Part shown: positions 50,710-63,187 of the stretch, piece after piece
Layout: each line of letters begins with the position of its first letter
Position numbering within the stretch: position 1 is the stretch's first letter
From: Octopus bimaculoides
Taxonomy: Eukaryota
NCBI RefSeq assembly: GCF_001194135.2
Contig: NC_068984.1
Location: 39,105,039-39,169,038, forward strand
Direction of reading: 5' to 3'
DNA: 64,000 nt
Made by a program: the position numbers and the translations under genes
The notes under the pieces: generated by a model
What the model was told of the DNA's origin: nothing
The model's input: the letters and a program-made list of their open reading frames with translations, nothing else
Database searches by the model: none

Positions 50710-52206
50710 AAAGTCCAACCTAGCTAACACCAAAGTAGGAAGGTAGACAAACCACAAACCCCTTCAGGTAGATGGCCCTGCTCGATCTGTAGAAAAGGCG
50801 TAGGTAGAAACTCCATAAGATGTACCCAGTGTAAGCTATGGACACATAAGAGGTGCAGCAATATCAAAGGAAGGCTAACTAGGAAGTTAGTTTTTGTATG
50901 TGGCAGATGTTCAGGAGCAATAAACACTAAAAATGTGCAGAAAACAACTTCTGCCACATTCCAGGCAGAAAAACTAGACGTAGTTGATAGCTTCCATTAC
51001 CTAGATGACCAAGTCAGTAGTAGGGGAGGGTGCGCTGAAAGTAGCTGCTAGAATAAGAATACCCTGGACAAAGTTCAGAGAGCTCTTACCTCTGCTGGTG
51101 ACAAAGGGCTTCTTGCTCGGAGTAAAAAGCAGACTTCATGACGCATGTGTATGAACAGCCATGCTACATGGCAGTGAAACATGGGCTATGACTGCTGAGG
51201 ACATGCATAAGCTCACAAAGAATGAAGCCAGAATGCTCCGATGGATGTGTATTGTCAGTGTGCATACTCGACAGAGTGTAAGTACCTTGAGAGAAAAGTT
51301 GAACCTAAGAAGCATCAGTTGTGGTGTGCAAGAGAGTCGATTGTGCTGGTATGGTCATGTGGCGAGAATGGATGAGGATAGCTGTGTGGAAAAGTGCCAC
51401 AGCCTAGCAGTTGAGGGGACCTGTGGAAGAGGTAGACTCAAGAAGACCTGGGATGAAGTGGTGAAGCACAACCTTCGAACATTAGGCCTCACCAAGGCAA
51501 TGACTTATGTGTGAAAAGACCCGGCAAGCCAAGTGAGACCATAATCCGAGGCTTCTGCCAAGGGTGTGGCCAGCCCACTTATGTGTACCTTTCCTTCATT
51601 GGACACTAAACTCCGCTTGTGAAGACCTGTTGAGGCAAGTGAAATCGAACCAAATTTGATGACTGGTACCTATGCCAACATCTCCTTCATTGGACACTAA
51701 ACTCTTGCGAAGACCTGTTGGGGACAAGTGAAATCGAAATTGTGATGGCACTTGTACCAGTGGAGCGCTAAGAGCACCGTCTGAGCTTGATCATTGCCAG
51801 AGCAGCTGTCTGGCTTCCGTGCCAGTGGGACATAAATGGCACCATTTGAGCATGATCGTTACCAGCGTTGCCTTACTGGCACTTGTGCCGGTGGCACGTG
51901 AAAAAACATTCGAGCGAGGTCGTTGCCAGTGTCGCTAGACTGGCTCTTGTGCAGGTGGCACGTAAAATACACCATTTTGAGCGTGGCCGTTGCCAGTACC
52001 ACCTGACTGGCCTTCGTGCCGGTGGCACGTAAAAGCACCCACTACACTCTCAGAATGGTTGGCGTTAGGAAGGGCATCCAGCTGCAGAAACTCTGCCAAA
52101 TCAGATTGGAGCCTTGTGTAGCCTTCTGGTTCACCAGTCCTCAGTCAAATCATCCAACCCATGCTAGCATGGAAGGCGGACGTTAAACGATGATGATGAT
52201 GATGAT
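50710..52206 (+). mobile_element. 5'-truncated RTE LINE with PHD finger, RT C-terminus, tandem-repeat 3' UTR and (GAT)n tail
   Basis: WPCSICRKGVGRNSIRCTQCKLWTHKRC...CGRC; VDSFHYL; ORF 51161-51514. Confidence 0.92.
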
Positions 52207-53957
52207 ATCTTACCATTGTAATTTTTTTTTTCGTTATGTGTTAGTGTATTTCAAATTTCTTTAATAGTTGTTAAATTAACACCAGTATGCAAATTAGCAT
52301 GCTTTGTATGAGTAATATGTTTTTTCTCCTTAGAAAAGAATTTTTCAAACTTAATTTTATAGCAAAATGACTTAGGTGAACTGAGATGATAACATAACTC
52401 TTAACTTCCTGTTTGATTCAGTACTGCATAAGACAACATCAGTCAGCCTGTTCCGAAATGCATAATATAACAAGAACTGTACTAACCTTGTTTACATCAT
52501 TTGAAGGAAGTGAAGAACTTCCTATTTTAAGGGAGAAAACTCTAATCCCGTCTATCATTCATTTCTGTTCTGTAACAGAATCATTACATGACTGGACATT
52601 TGACATAATTTTTGGCAGGATGTTAAGAGTTAATTTGATTTTGCTCTCAGTTTTATGCCTTGACTACACTGTCACAAACTGGGGTACATTCTCTGATTTC
52701 ACAGTAAAATTATATTTTAAACAAAAATGTACTTCAGGATAATAATTTTAATTTTGAAGCTGTGCTGTTGTTTTATTAGTAAAAAATTGAAGATAAATGA
52801 TAAATAGTAAATAAAACAGAGAAAGATCACAGTTAGGCTAGAGGAGCTGTTTCAGAGAACACAAAGCTCAAGAATGACGCATATTCAAGCATTCCCGACA
52901 AAGAGTTATGTATTATGGGATTAACTTAGTCAAATTAATGCTTAACTCTTAAGCATTCAGTTTAGTCTGTCAAATGTAATGCATATTTATTCATATTGTT
53001 TTGAAGTAATCATGCATTAGATTGTAACTTTGAGATTTCAATGATGTGATTGTTCATTTTAGAATGACATTGAAAGGTAGGTGTGAAAGGTGGGATCTGG
53101 CCTGTTTAAACATAAAACAAGTAGAATATTTGTATTTGATATGGCTGGTTTAAATGCTCAAGTGTTAAATATCCTTGTAATGAAAGCTGAGCTTCATTTT
53201 TGCAATATAATAGGAGATTGTTTTCAGTGACCAGGAGTAAGAATATTTGTTAATTTCTGCTAAAATCAAATGAAAAGAAGATCAAGTGCAGAAATCTTTC
53301 CTTAAATCTCCCTTAATAAATTTTAAGAAACTATTTCTAGCAGTTCTGAACTCATTAGCGTTTGCTTAGCCTATCAAGCTAAAATGTATATGACACTCCT
53401 TCACATTTGATGAGTTGACATGAAGATGCTCACTCAACTGTAAAAAACACCTGCTCTAATAATACTGGTTTTCAATAGAGGAACATGATGTAAAAGAAAT
53501 ATAAAAAAAAAAAAATTTAAAAAAATGAATAAACACATGTCAGTACTCCCTATAGATTACTATTAATATTTCTTTTACCTGCTATATTTGCTTTTATAAA
53601 CACGTTTGTATCAATGAACTATTTGCTGCTGCTGCTGCTACTGCTGCTTTTACTTTATATTCCAGAATGTTGCAGTATTTGTTCATGGGAGAATTTGAAC
53701 TTAGTACTGCAGGTTGTTGTTGTTGTTGTTGTTTGGCTTCAGGTCAGTCCTAATTGCAGAGACTTATTGCATATAGGTAATCAGTCTGCCAAAAGGCAAG
53801 GTGTGGCAGGTAATTTTGCTCTGAAATTAAACTCGGGGAACATGCAATAAGTTTTTTTGATAGTACAATGAGGATATCAAACTTACTGCAGAATCAGACT
53901 TTAAACAGCCATCAAAGTTCTCTTAGGTTATGTTGCCATATTATCGAGAAAGCGAAA

Positions 53958-54318
53958 TCGTGACGGCACTTGTGCCCAGCGTCACCTTCCTGGCACTTGT
54001 GCCGGTGGCACGTGAAAAAACATTCGAGCAAGGTCATTGCCAGTGCCGCTGGACTGGCTCCTGTGCAGGTGGCACATAAAATACACCATTTTGAGCGTGG
54101 CCGTTGCCAGTACCGCCTGACTGGCCTTCATGCCGGTGGCATGTAAAAGCACCCACTACACTCTCGGAGTGGTTGGCATTAGGAAGGGCATCCAGCTGTA
54201 GAAACTCTGCCAAATCGGATTGGAGCCTGGTGTAGCCATCTGGTTCACCAGTCCTCAGTCAAATCCTCCAACCCATGTCAGCATGGAAAGCGGACGTTAA
54301 ATGATGATGATGATGATG
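53958..54318 (+). mobile_element. RTE 3' UTR fragment with hairpin array and (GAT)n tail
   Basis: Near-identical to 51870-52206. Confidence 0.88.
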
Positions 54319-54599
54319 AATCCCTATATGTAAACAACAGCTTCAAATATATTATCCTTTTGCTGTAACCACACTGAAGATTCTGACATTCAGTGGTTAA
54401 TTGTATTAGGGTGCACACTGGCAGTGTGAACATATTCCCTCAGTTCCTGCATGCCTGTTGCTATGTTTGTGTTGCTCAGCTCTGATTGAGAAGACTTATG
54501 ATTAAAGGTATTTCAGCCATAACTATCTTGCTTTTTCTGTATATTTAGAACCAGTTACACACACACATATACATATATACATTCATACACAGACATATA

Positions 54600-55740
54600 T
54601 ACAAATTCATACATGTGTGTGTGTGTATACACACACACATCCATACACACAATGGGTTTCTTTTAATTTCTGTCTATCAAATTCACTCACAAGGTTTTTA
54701 GTCAAGAGCTATACCAGAAGACATTTGTCCAAGGTACTTTGTAGTGGGATTGAATCTAAAACCATGTGATTGCAAAGTGAAATTCATAATCTCATAGCCA
54801 TGCTTGCACTTATTACAGATGAAATATATTGGTTTCAAATTTTGGCACAAGGCCAGCAATTTCGGGGCAGGGGGCTAGTTGATTACATTGATCCCAGTAC
54901 TCAACTGGTACTTATTTTATTGACTATAAAGTTAAGCCAATAATACAGTGAGGCTTTGGTAGCAAGTGTGTTTAAGGGCTGCATCACCTATATAGTCTAG
55001 CAAAATCCTTCTCAAGGTTTTGGTTGGCCTGGGGCTGTAGTAGAAGACAGTTGCCCAAGGTACCATGCAATCAGACTGAACCCAGAACCATGTGGTTGGG
55101 AACGGAACTTCTTATCACACAGCCATGTCTTTTACTTTTATCTTTTATTTGTTGCAGTCATTGGACTGTGACCATGCTAGGGTACCACCTTGAAAGGTTG
55201 TTTAGTTGAACAAATCAACCTCAGTACATATTTTTTAGTCTGGTACTTATTCTATCTGTCTCTTTTGCTAAGTTGCAGGAAAGTAAACAAACCAACACTA
55301 GCTGACAAGTAGTGTGTGTGCAAGTGTGCCACGTACATGCACACGCGTGCACACACACACACACGCACACATAATGGGCTTCCTGCAATTTCTGTCTACC
55401 AAATTGACTCACAAGGTNNNNNNNNNNNNNNNNNNNNNNNNNNNNNNNNNNNNNNNNNNNNNNNNNNNNNNNNNNNNNNNNNNNNNNNNNNNNNNNNNNN
55501 NNNNNNNNNNNNNNNNNNNNNNNNNNNNNNNNNNNNNNNNNNNNNNNNNNNNNNNNNNNNNNNNNNNNNNNNNNNNNNNNNGCACACATAATGGGCTTCC
55601 TGCAATTTCTGTCTACCAAATTGACTCACAAGGTTAGCCTGGGGTGGGGAGTATAGTACAAGACACTTACTCAAGGCGTCAAGCAGTGAGACTGAACCCA
55701 AAGCCACATAGTTAGAAAGTGATCCTCTTAACTACACAGA
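54600..55740 (-). mobile_element. Cluster of SINE B and SINE A fragments on the minus strand, spanning a gap
   Basis: Reverse-complement CORE motifs (TTGCCCAAGGTACC, CTACCAAATTGACTCACAAGG) and ACTCAACTGGTACTTATTTT. Confidence 0.65.
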
Positions 55741-56039
55741 CAAATCAAGGTTACATTTCATTTCTTGTAGTAGGTGAATTCATTAATCTTTGATCAGTAG
55801 TTCTGCATTCTAACCATATATACATCACTCAAGTACATGTTTTGTCAGTTCATTGCTGCCTCAGAATCTTTTTCAAAAGTGTATGTACTGTCATTGAAAA
55901 TTGAGACCTGATATGCTATTTTGAGATCTTAATGAGGTGGCTGTATTCAGTACCAAACCAGCATGCTGGGCAACTTATATTTCCTTGTGGTTGGTGATTC
56001 TATATACTGCCGCTGCTGCTGCCGCCACCACCGTCACCA

Positions 56040-56260
56040 CTATCATCATCATCATATGTCTGTTTTCCATGCTGGCATGGATTGGATGGCTTCACAGGAG
56101 TCGGAAAGGCCAAAGGGTGCATCAGGTTCCATTGTCTGTTTTGGCTTGGTTTCTATAGCTTGATGCCCTTCCTAAAGCCAACCACTTTACAGAATGTATT
56201 GGGTGCTTTTTACATGGCACCATCATCAGTGCTTTTTATGTAGCACCAGCACCAGTGCTC
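56040..56260 (-). mobile_element. Diverged RTE 3' UTR fragment; a similar fragment at 60478-60720(-)
   Basis: (CAT)n then TTTTCCATGCTGGCATGG...GATGCCCTTCCTAA.GCCAACCACT. Confidence 0.7.
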
Positions 56261-56692
56261 TTTACCTGGCAGCAACACCTGACTTCATTCATACCTTATG
56301 CTTGACTGGAGCCACTCAACAATTTGGTATTTATTGTGTCATCAATACACATTGTCCTATCAAATACATTACAATTATTTTTATGATCATTATTCTTTAG
56401 GTCAGCCTTGACTGGACAAAGGCATTTCTATCATGATATGCGTCTTACTTCAGAATTGTACATCTCAGACTTCCTTATTCAATATGCACTTCCCTTTTGA
56501 AAATAGTAGGGGGTACTTTGAAGGAAATTTGGCTGCTGTTTCTCTACTATATCTAGTAGAGAGAAGCTCTCTTGGCTGACATGTCTTTATGATGTTTGTT
56601 TTCAGAGGAGATATCATTTCAACTTTTCTAGATAATAAACTTCTAATACAGAAATTAAAAAAAAATGATTGCAAAATTATAATAAGTTTGTT

Positions 56693-56815
56693 TCCCTGCT
56701 ACGTGATTCTGGGTTCAGTCCCACTGTGTAGCACTTTAGGCAAGTGTCTTGTACTATAGCTTTGGGCTGACCAAGTCATTGAGTGGATTCAGTAGATGGA
56801 AACAGACAGAAGCCC

Positions 56816-56898
<83 letters not shown>

Positions 56899-57105
56899 AT
56901 GCGTGTTTGTGTTTATCCCACATTACCATTTAACAACTGGTGTTGGTTTGTTTACATCTCCGTAAGCTAGTGGTTTGGTAAAAAGTTACTGATAGAATAA
57001 GTACTAGTCTTAAAAATAAGTACTGGGGTTGATTTATTTGACTAAACTCGTCGATGCAATGCCCCAGCATGGCCACAGTCCAATGACTGAAACAAATACA
57101 AAGTT
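56693..57105 (+). mobile_element. SINE B copy with an expanded (GT)n
   Basis: Similarity to 59268-59670; (GT)n at 56818-56897. Confidence 0.75.
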
Positions 57106-59267
57106 AAATGATAAAAGAAACTATACGTACTATGCACACCCATACACACACACACACACATCAAAGAAAATGCCATCTCATAACATTACGTATGTTACTT
57201 GACTCCTCTGTTTGATAATACAGGGCTTGTGAAGAATTTTTGAAGGTAAGCTGTAATCTGGATTAAATATTCATGTTAAAGGTCTGTTGGCTTATCAAGA
57301 CAAAAATTGTACACGAAATAAGACAATGGCTGTTAACTTTTGAAAATCTCCAGCTGACGTAGAACTTGAATTTGTGACTAAAAAAATATAATGGCTATTT
57401 CTAGAAAATGTTTAACCAATGCAAAAATGGCACACATAAAACAATGAGTGGCATCCTTTTTTTTTTCCTTAGTTTTAGAATTACAACTTTTTTTTGTTAT
57501 TTCTTTTTTTTTTGTGTCTGCTTCTTTGCTTTTTCTCATTCTCTCTTTCCCTTTATTGTCTGCTTGCCTGCCTGTCTGTCTGTTTCTCTCCTGTATGTCT
57601 CTCTCTTTCTCTCTCTCTCCTGTATGTGTCTTTCTCTTTTGTCTTTCTTACTCTCCATCCTATTTGTTTCTTAGTGTGTCTTGCCCTTCTATCACGGCAC
57701 TGTAGGTCTCATTATCTATCTATCTGTCTGTCTGTCTGTCTCTCTGTCTCTTCCTCTCTCCCACCCATCATGCACTTTGTCATCACATCTGTCTGCATCT
57801 GCATGTCAACGTATGTGTGTCTCTCTCTTTCTCTTTTTTAGGCTTCTCCTTCCCCACCTTTCTGTCTGTCTTTGTTACACCCCACCCCATTAACCAATGT
57901 AGTCATTTTACTGTTCCAATTTTGTTCTGTTTTATTTTTAAAGAAATTATACTCCCTGTACCTTTCAGAGATGAGATGACAGAATGGGTAAGCTATCATA
58001 TTACCTAGCATGGATCATCAGTTGTTGTTTGGATGTTGGTCAACCATGAGAAGCAGACCTTATTATTTTAAGGGCATTTCAGCCTTGACCAACCTTGCTT
58101 TTATTTTCTAAACGAAATATACATTTAAAACTACATGATCTAATATTACTCTTCTTTTTTTAAAACAGTAGAGTGTGATTTAAGAGAGATTCGGGTACTA
58201 TTTGCAGCAGATCATGCAACTTCGTACAGAGGCTGCCCCATTAACTTGAGGCTCATGAATTTGAATTTGATGCTGGTGTTCCATTGTGATTTGGAGTAGA
58301 ATATTTTATTTTACTTTGCCTTAATTCACCTACCTGTCAGGAATTGTTACCAAATCACCTGGGAATGTCACCAGCAATAAATGAGCTAATGAGAGAAGTT
58401 CTTTGTGATTTCTCAACCTGTTAGAAAAAGTAACCAAATTTCCCTCAGATTGTACCATCACCTTGAAAAGAGAACAACACATTGGATAATATAGTCCTTG
58501 GTATACTATGCTTGAAAGTAAGATTGGCTGATCTTGATTGGAATGCCTTTGATCAGTCATGCGCAATCTGCAACCTGCAAGATTTTTTGAATGGCATACC
58601 TTATAAAAAGTTACCATGAATCTTTTTACTAGTGCAGCTTACCTGATGATGAACCATGTCTCATGTACCCTGCTTCTCATAAAAGGTTGCCCGTACCTGC
58701 TTTGTTAGAACTAACTGGGGCCAAACAACAACAACAACCGCAATCACCAGCAATAAACTATTGTCTTATCCCTGAGTGAATTAATCTCTCCTTCATTTTA
58801 TACTATGAAACCAGAGCCTAGCACCAGCTCTCAAGATGCTCCTTAATGATCAGAAGACCCTTTTCTTTGGAAAAAGTGAAATTTTATATTTCTAATCAAA
58901 GCAATTAATATCTTGTAAAATGATTTACCGTTCAGTTGGAACTGTTTTACATGCATTGCAATGACATGAATGTCTGCAATCTAATATATTTTTGAAATGG
59001 TTGTGCTATTGACATTTCATCTCGTGCGTTAAAACTTATAGAAATCTATATGTAAGTGTACTGGAAATGGTTGTGCAAACAAAACAACTACAGTGGTTGT
59101 ATCTACATGAACTTATTTCTACTTTCCACTAAATGTAAGCCTTGCCCAGTCTCAGTTTTGAGTGGGTTTACTAATGCAAAATATATACAGCGATATGTCA
59201 GTCGCAAAATGGCAGGTTATGTGGTATACAAAATGTGAATAAAAAAAGATTGTTTGAAAGAGTGAAA

Positions 59268-59670
59268 GGCGCAGGAGTGGCTGTGTGGTAAGTAGCTTGC
59301 TTACCAACCACATGGTTCCGGGTTCAGTCCCACTGCGTGGCACCTTGGGCAAGTGTCTTCTACTATAGCCTCGGGCCGACCAAAGCCTTGTGAGTGGATT
59401 TGGTAGGCGGAAACTGAAAGAAGCCCGTCATATATATGTATATAAATATATATATATGTATGTGTGTTTGTGTGTTTGTGTTTGTCCCCCCATTATTGCT
59501 TGACAACCGATGCTGGTGTATTTACGTCCCCGTAACTTAGCGGTTCGGCAAAAAGAGACCAATAGAATAAGTACTAGGCTTCCAAAGAATAAGTCCTGGG
59601 GTCGAATTGCACGACTAAAGGCGGTGCTCCAGCATGGCCACAGTCAAATGACTGAAACAAGTAAAAGAGT
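59268..59670 (+). mobile_element. Young full-length CORE-type tRNA SINE (family B, resembling the octopus OR-type SINEs)
   Basis: A-box TGGCTGTGTGG, B-box GGTTCAGTCC, CORE-like CACCTTGGGCAAGTG, internal (TA)/(TG) tract and 3' GACTGAAACAAGTAAAAGAG. Confidence 0.88.
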
Positions 59671-60714
59671 AACATATTTACTGGGTAAGTCACGTGTAAA
59701 AATACACACACACACATAAAGATTACTTTTGGATGTTACTTATGAAGAATGTGAATTATATTCCTGTATGTTCACTGAGTATTGGTTATTCCAATTTTTA
59801 AAAAGTCACTGAGTGATGCTGTTTGTTATGCACTGAGATGTGGAAAAAGATCATAATTATTTTTTCTAAAGTAAAAACTGTGAAAACGTGGTAATACATT
59901 GGAGTTCCATAGTGGTAATACTGGTTGCCTTTCACTTGATACACAACAGTACAGAAAAGCTGTCTGTAGAAAAACCCTGCAAGGTTTGGTTCAGTCTGTC
60001 AAAGTTTGATTTCTGCTTTGTAGTAAGGAAGGGATCCAGTTGTAGATAATGTGAATGACTGAAAAAGGCTCAAATATCGAGTGGTAGGGACATTTTAATA
60101 ATTATAGCTGGATCTGTGTAGTTGCAACTTGTGTAAATTCTGTGGGAAATGGTTTACATACATTGGGAAGACTTCAACATGACAAAATTTTATTTTCCAA
60201 CCTTTAAAAATGTAAAGTACTTGATTACGTAAACAAATGTTTATGAGCAATGAATATAAAGAGATATGTAGCAAAAGCCATAGAACACAGCTAAACTCTT
60301 GGAAAGAAGCCTGCAATGTGAGTTTGATTCCCAATTGGCATTTTAATATGGTTAAAAAAATGTCACAATTTCACTTCCCTTTGTCTATACATATAATAAG
60401 GCTTAAAACGTTGTTAGCCCTCCCTAAAACCCCAAATATTTTCAATAAAAAATGTTAATAACTTTCAATGACAGAGTCATCATCATTATCATCATTTAAC
60501 CTCTGTTTTGCATGGTGGCATGGGTTGGATGGCTTGACAGGAGTTGCACCAAGTTTCATACTTGTTTTGGCATGGTTTCTATGGTTGGATGCCCTTCCTA
60601 ATGTCAACCACTTTACAGAGTGTAGTGGGTGCTTTTTATGTGGAACCAGCACCAGTGTCTTCTATGTGGTACCAATACTTGTGTTTTTTACATGACACCA
60701 GCACCTACAGGGTC

Positions 60715-62300
60715 ACTAAGTACCTTGCAAAACAAAAAACCCTCAACTGGGAGGTGGTGGGGTTGTATTGAAGGAGTGTGGCTTTGTGCCAGTTAAGAGA
60801 TTTAAAGTGTTGAGGGGACAGATATATAGATGTCTTGCTGCAGAGCAGAAATGAGTGTGAGTTGGAGAGTAAGATAATGAGAATGATAGTGAGAGTGATG
60901 ATGGCAGAAATGTGTTGGGACATGCCCTTGAGGGACATTGGAATTAGTGAGAATAGGTGAGGTGATATAGAGGTTTGAGCAGGATGAGGTGACTAGCAAA
61001 TAATGGAGAGAAATATAGAAGCTCAATGGCAAGGGTTGCAATAGATATGTGAGGGCATTGAGGGTTATAGCAGGTAAGCAAGGAGTTGATGATGGAGAAT
61101 AGCACAGGCAGGGGAAAGAAGGTGCAGAAAGGAAGTGATTGGTGGAGACAGTTGGTAACAGTAGGTGATGGGTGTAGACAAAGGTAACTGAGACAGCCAA
61201 AGGGTACAGTATGTGCCTATTCTGCTTTCAGGTGATAAAGGAAGTGATAGGTTTTAGGGGATGAAATCTAGGTGGAGGGAGAAAGTTGACAGAGCAGAGT
61301 CCTTCATGAGCATGCATTACCAAGGTTGGCAGGTCTTGAGTACAGCAAGGTGCCAGATATATTGGTCCTTTGTCATCTCTTTTGTGAGGCTCAGTGTTTT
61401 TAAGGTCAGCCTTCAATACTTCATCCCATATCTTCCAGGGTTTCCCTTTTCCACAAGTTCCACCCTCTTCTTTATGCAACTATCCTCATCCATATGCATC
61501 ACATGACCAAACTAGCATAGTTTTCTCTTTTGCACACTTCATTTAATTCCTCTGATGCCAAACTTTTCTCTCAATACACTAGGGCTCTGTCACACATGTA
61601 CATTGACATTGCATATCAAGCAGAGCATACCAGCTTCATTTCTCTAGTCTTTGCATGTCTTCTGCTTTCAGGACTTACATCTCACTACCATGTAGCATTG
61701 TTATTCATACATATGCATCATACAATCTTCCTTACACTTGGAGAGAGACCTTTGGTTGCCAACAAAGATAGAAGCTCTCTGAATTTTTTCCATCTTATTC
61801 ATATTCTAGTAATTAGATTTTTGGTACATCCTCTGCCGCTGCTAATTAGGTCACTTAGGTACCACTTTTCGAGAGTCTCTAGGGCATTTGAGGAAATCAT
61901 TTTCCCATGTATCTAATCTTTATGGCTCCCGTACACCTTCCATATACAAACACTAATTTTCCTGTTAATCTTTGTACTATTCCACTGCACCTCTTGTGTG
62001 TCCATAGCTTGCACTGGGGACACCAATGGAATTCCTGCTAACACCTTTCCTACATATTAGGCAGGGTCATTTACCTGAAAGGGGTAGGGTCCTGTCTAAT
62101 TTCTTGGTTACTAGGACCTTGGTCTTTGCTAAACTAACTTTGAGACCCTTTGATTCCAGATTTTGTTTCCACATCTGGAATTTCTTTTCTAGTTCTGTTA
62201 CAGATTCTGCTATGAGGGCAAGATCATCAGCATATAACAGTTTCCATGAACTTTCAATCTTAAATTTATCTGTTATGGCTTCGAAGATGATGGTATATTG
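60715..62300 (-). mobile_element. Diverged RTE LINE fragment (61230-62300) plus pyrimidine-rich module (60715-61215)
   Basis: ESVTELEKKFQMWKQNLESKGLKVSLAKTKVL...PCLICRKGV.RNSI; KPWKIWDEVLK. Confidence 0.75.
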
Positions 62301-62516
62301 TGTGTGTGTGTGTGTGGGGGGGGGTTTAAGGACATGTACACTAAATTCGTCATTGTACTCATAGCTAACCCATTGTACTCATAGCTAACCCTATATCAGT
62401 TTGACTGGTTGCAACTTTTTGACTATTACATTTAGTTCATGCATAATTTTGCTAAATTACGAGAGAATTTATAAATGCACTAAAATTAATTCCAAAGTTT
62501 CTTTTTAATTATTCAG

Positions 62517-62649
62517 GTTTCTGGATGTCATCGTTAATAATTCTGGTGGAAGAACCTATCTTACTCTTCTTTTTGAATACATTGACCAAGATCTGTCCAG
62601 TTTTCTTGAAAAATATCCTTCTCCAAGTTTGGAACAAGATATAATTCGG
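62517..62649 (+). CDS. CDK6: CDK4/6-family kinase, second coding exon ((R)FLDVIVNNSGGRTYLTLLFEYIDQDLSSFLEKYPSPSLEQDIIR)
   Basis: Acceptor attcag| at 62516 and donor CGG|GTAATT at 62649/62650. Phase 2 joins exon 34200-34444 in frame (CG+G=Arg). Similar to CDK6 LFDV...LTLVFEHVDQDLTTYLDK, with equivalent intron positions. Not in the ORF track because it lacks an ATG. Confidence 0.92.
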
Positions 62650-63187
62650 GTAATTAACCATATTTCTGAATTTTTCATATTTGAACATCGAAAGGAATGG
62701 TGGAAGTAAACTGAATCCATTGCCTGCTTTCATACCAACACTTGGCTCTTCAGAGTCTTTAGAATCCACTCAGGCCATGTACCTGGTTTAAGGATAACAT
62801 ATTTCTGTCCTCCTACTAGTCTCACAAACTCTAAAAAAAGATACAAGCACTGTTTTCCACTGATTCAGCTATTAAAGAAATTTATCTACGGAGTAGATGA
62901 TATGTATTGCAATAACTAATTTTGTATCTTTAGACTCTGGTTTAAAATGTTACTTTGATCATCTTTCTTCTCATCCATTTAACAATCATGAAATAAGTAT
63001 CTATAATATTCTTGTCTTGTGGCTGTGTGGTAAGAAGTTTGCATCCCAGCCACATGGTTCCAAGTTCAATCTCACTACACACCTTGGGCAAGTGTCTTCT
63101 GCAAGTGGTAGATGGAAACTGAAAGAAGCCTGCGGAGATGTACTTGCATAGCAAGTGACCTGGTCTGAGATTGTGTGCTGGAACGAA

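Larger units (their letters stand above)
4045..55581. other. Assembly gaps (N runs): 4045-4662, 5791-5867, 7627-8054, 9669-10059, 15010-15627, 31871-32173, 43025-43984, 44844-45106, 55418-55581, plus ~10-N joins at 2333, 29112 and 48509
   Basis: Direct reading; nearly all gaps are bordered by microsatellites. Confidence 0.98.
34445..62516 (+). other. 28,072-bp GT-AG intron of the CDK4/6 gene, filled with transposon remnants
   Basis: Canonical splice sites. The flanking exons read continuously NIVR|FLDV, so no intervening coding exon is needed. Confidence 0.85.

Noticed and set aside
51747-52030. CRISPR-like array of palindromic repeats
   Set aside because: Eukaryotic context, the intervening sequences are homologous to each other, the same array recurs in many LINE copies, and there are no cas genes.
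58330-58617. 95-aa minus-strand ORF and other 60-130 aa ORFs in the intron
   Set aside because: No recognisable domain, and lengths are compatible with chance.
58643-58680. CTGATGA hammerhead-like start
   Set aside because: No stem II closed by GAAA follows.
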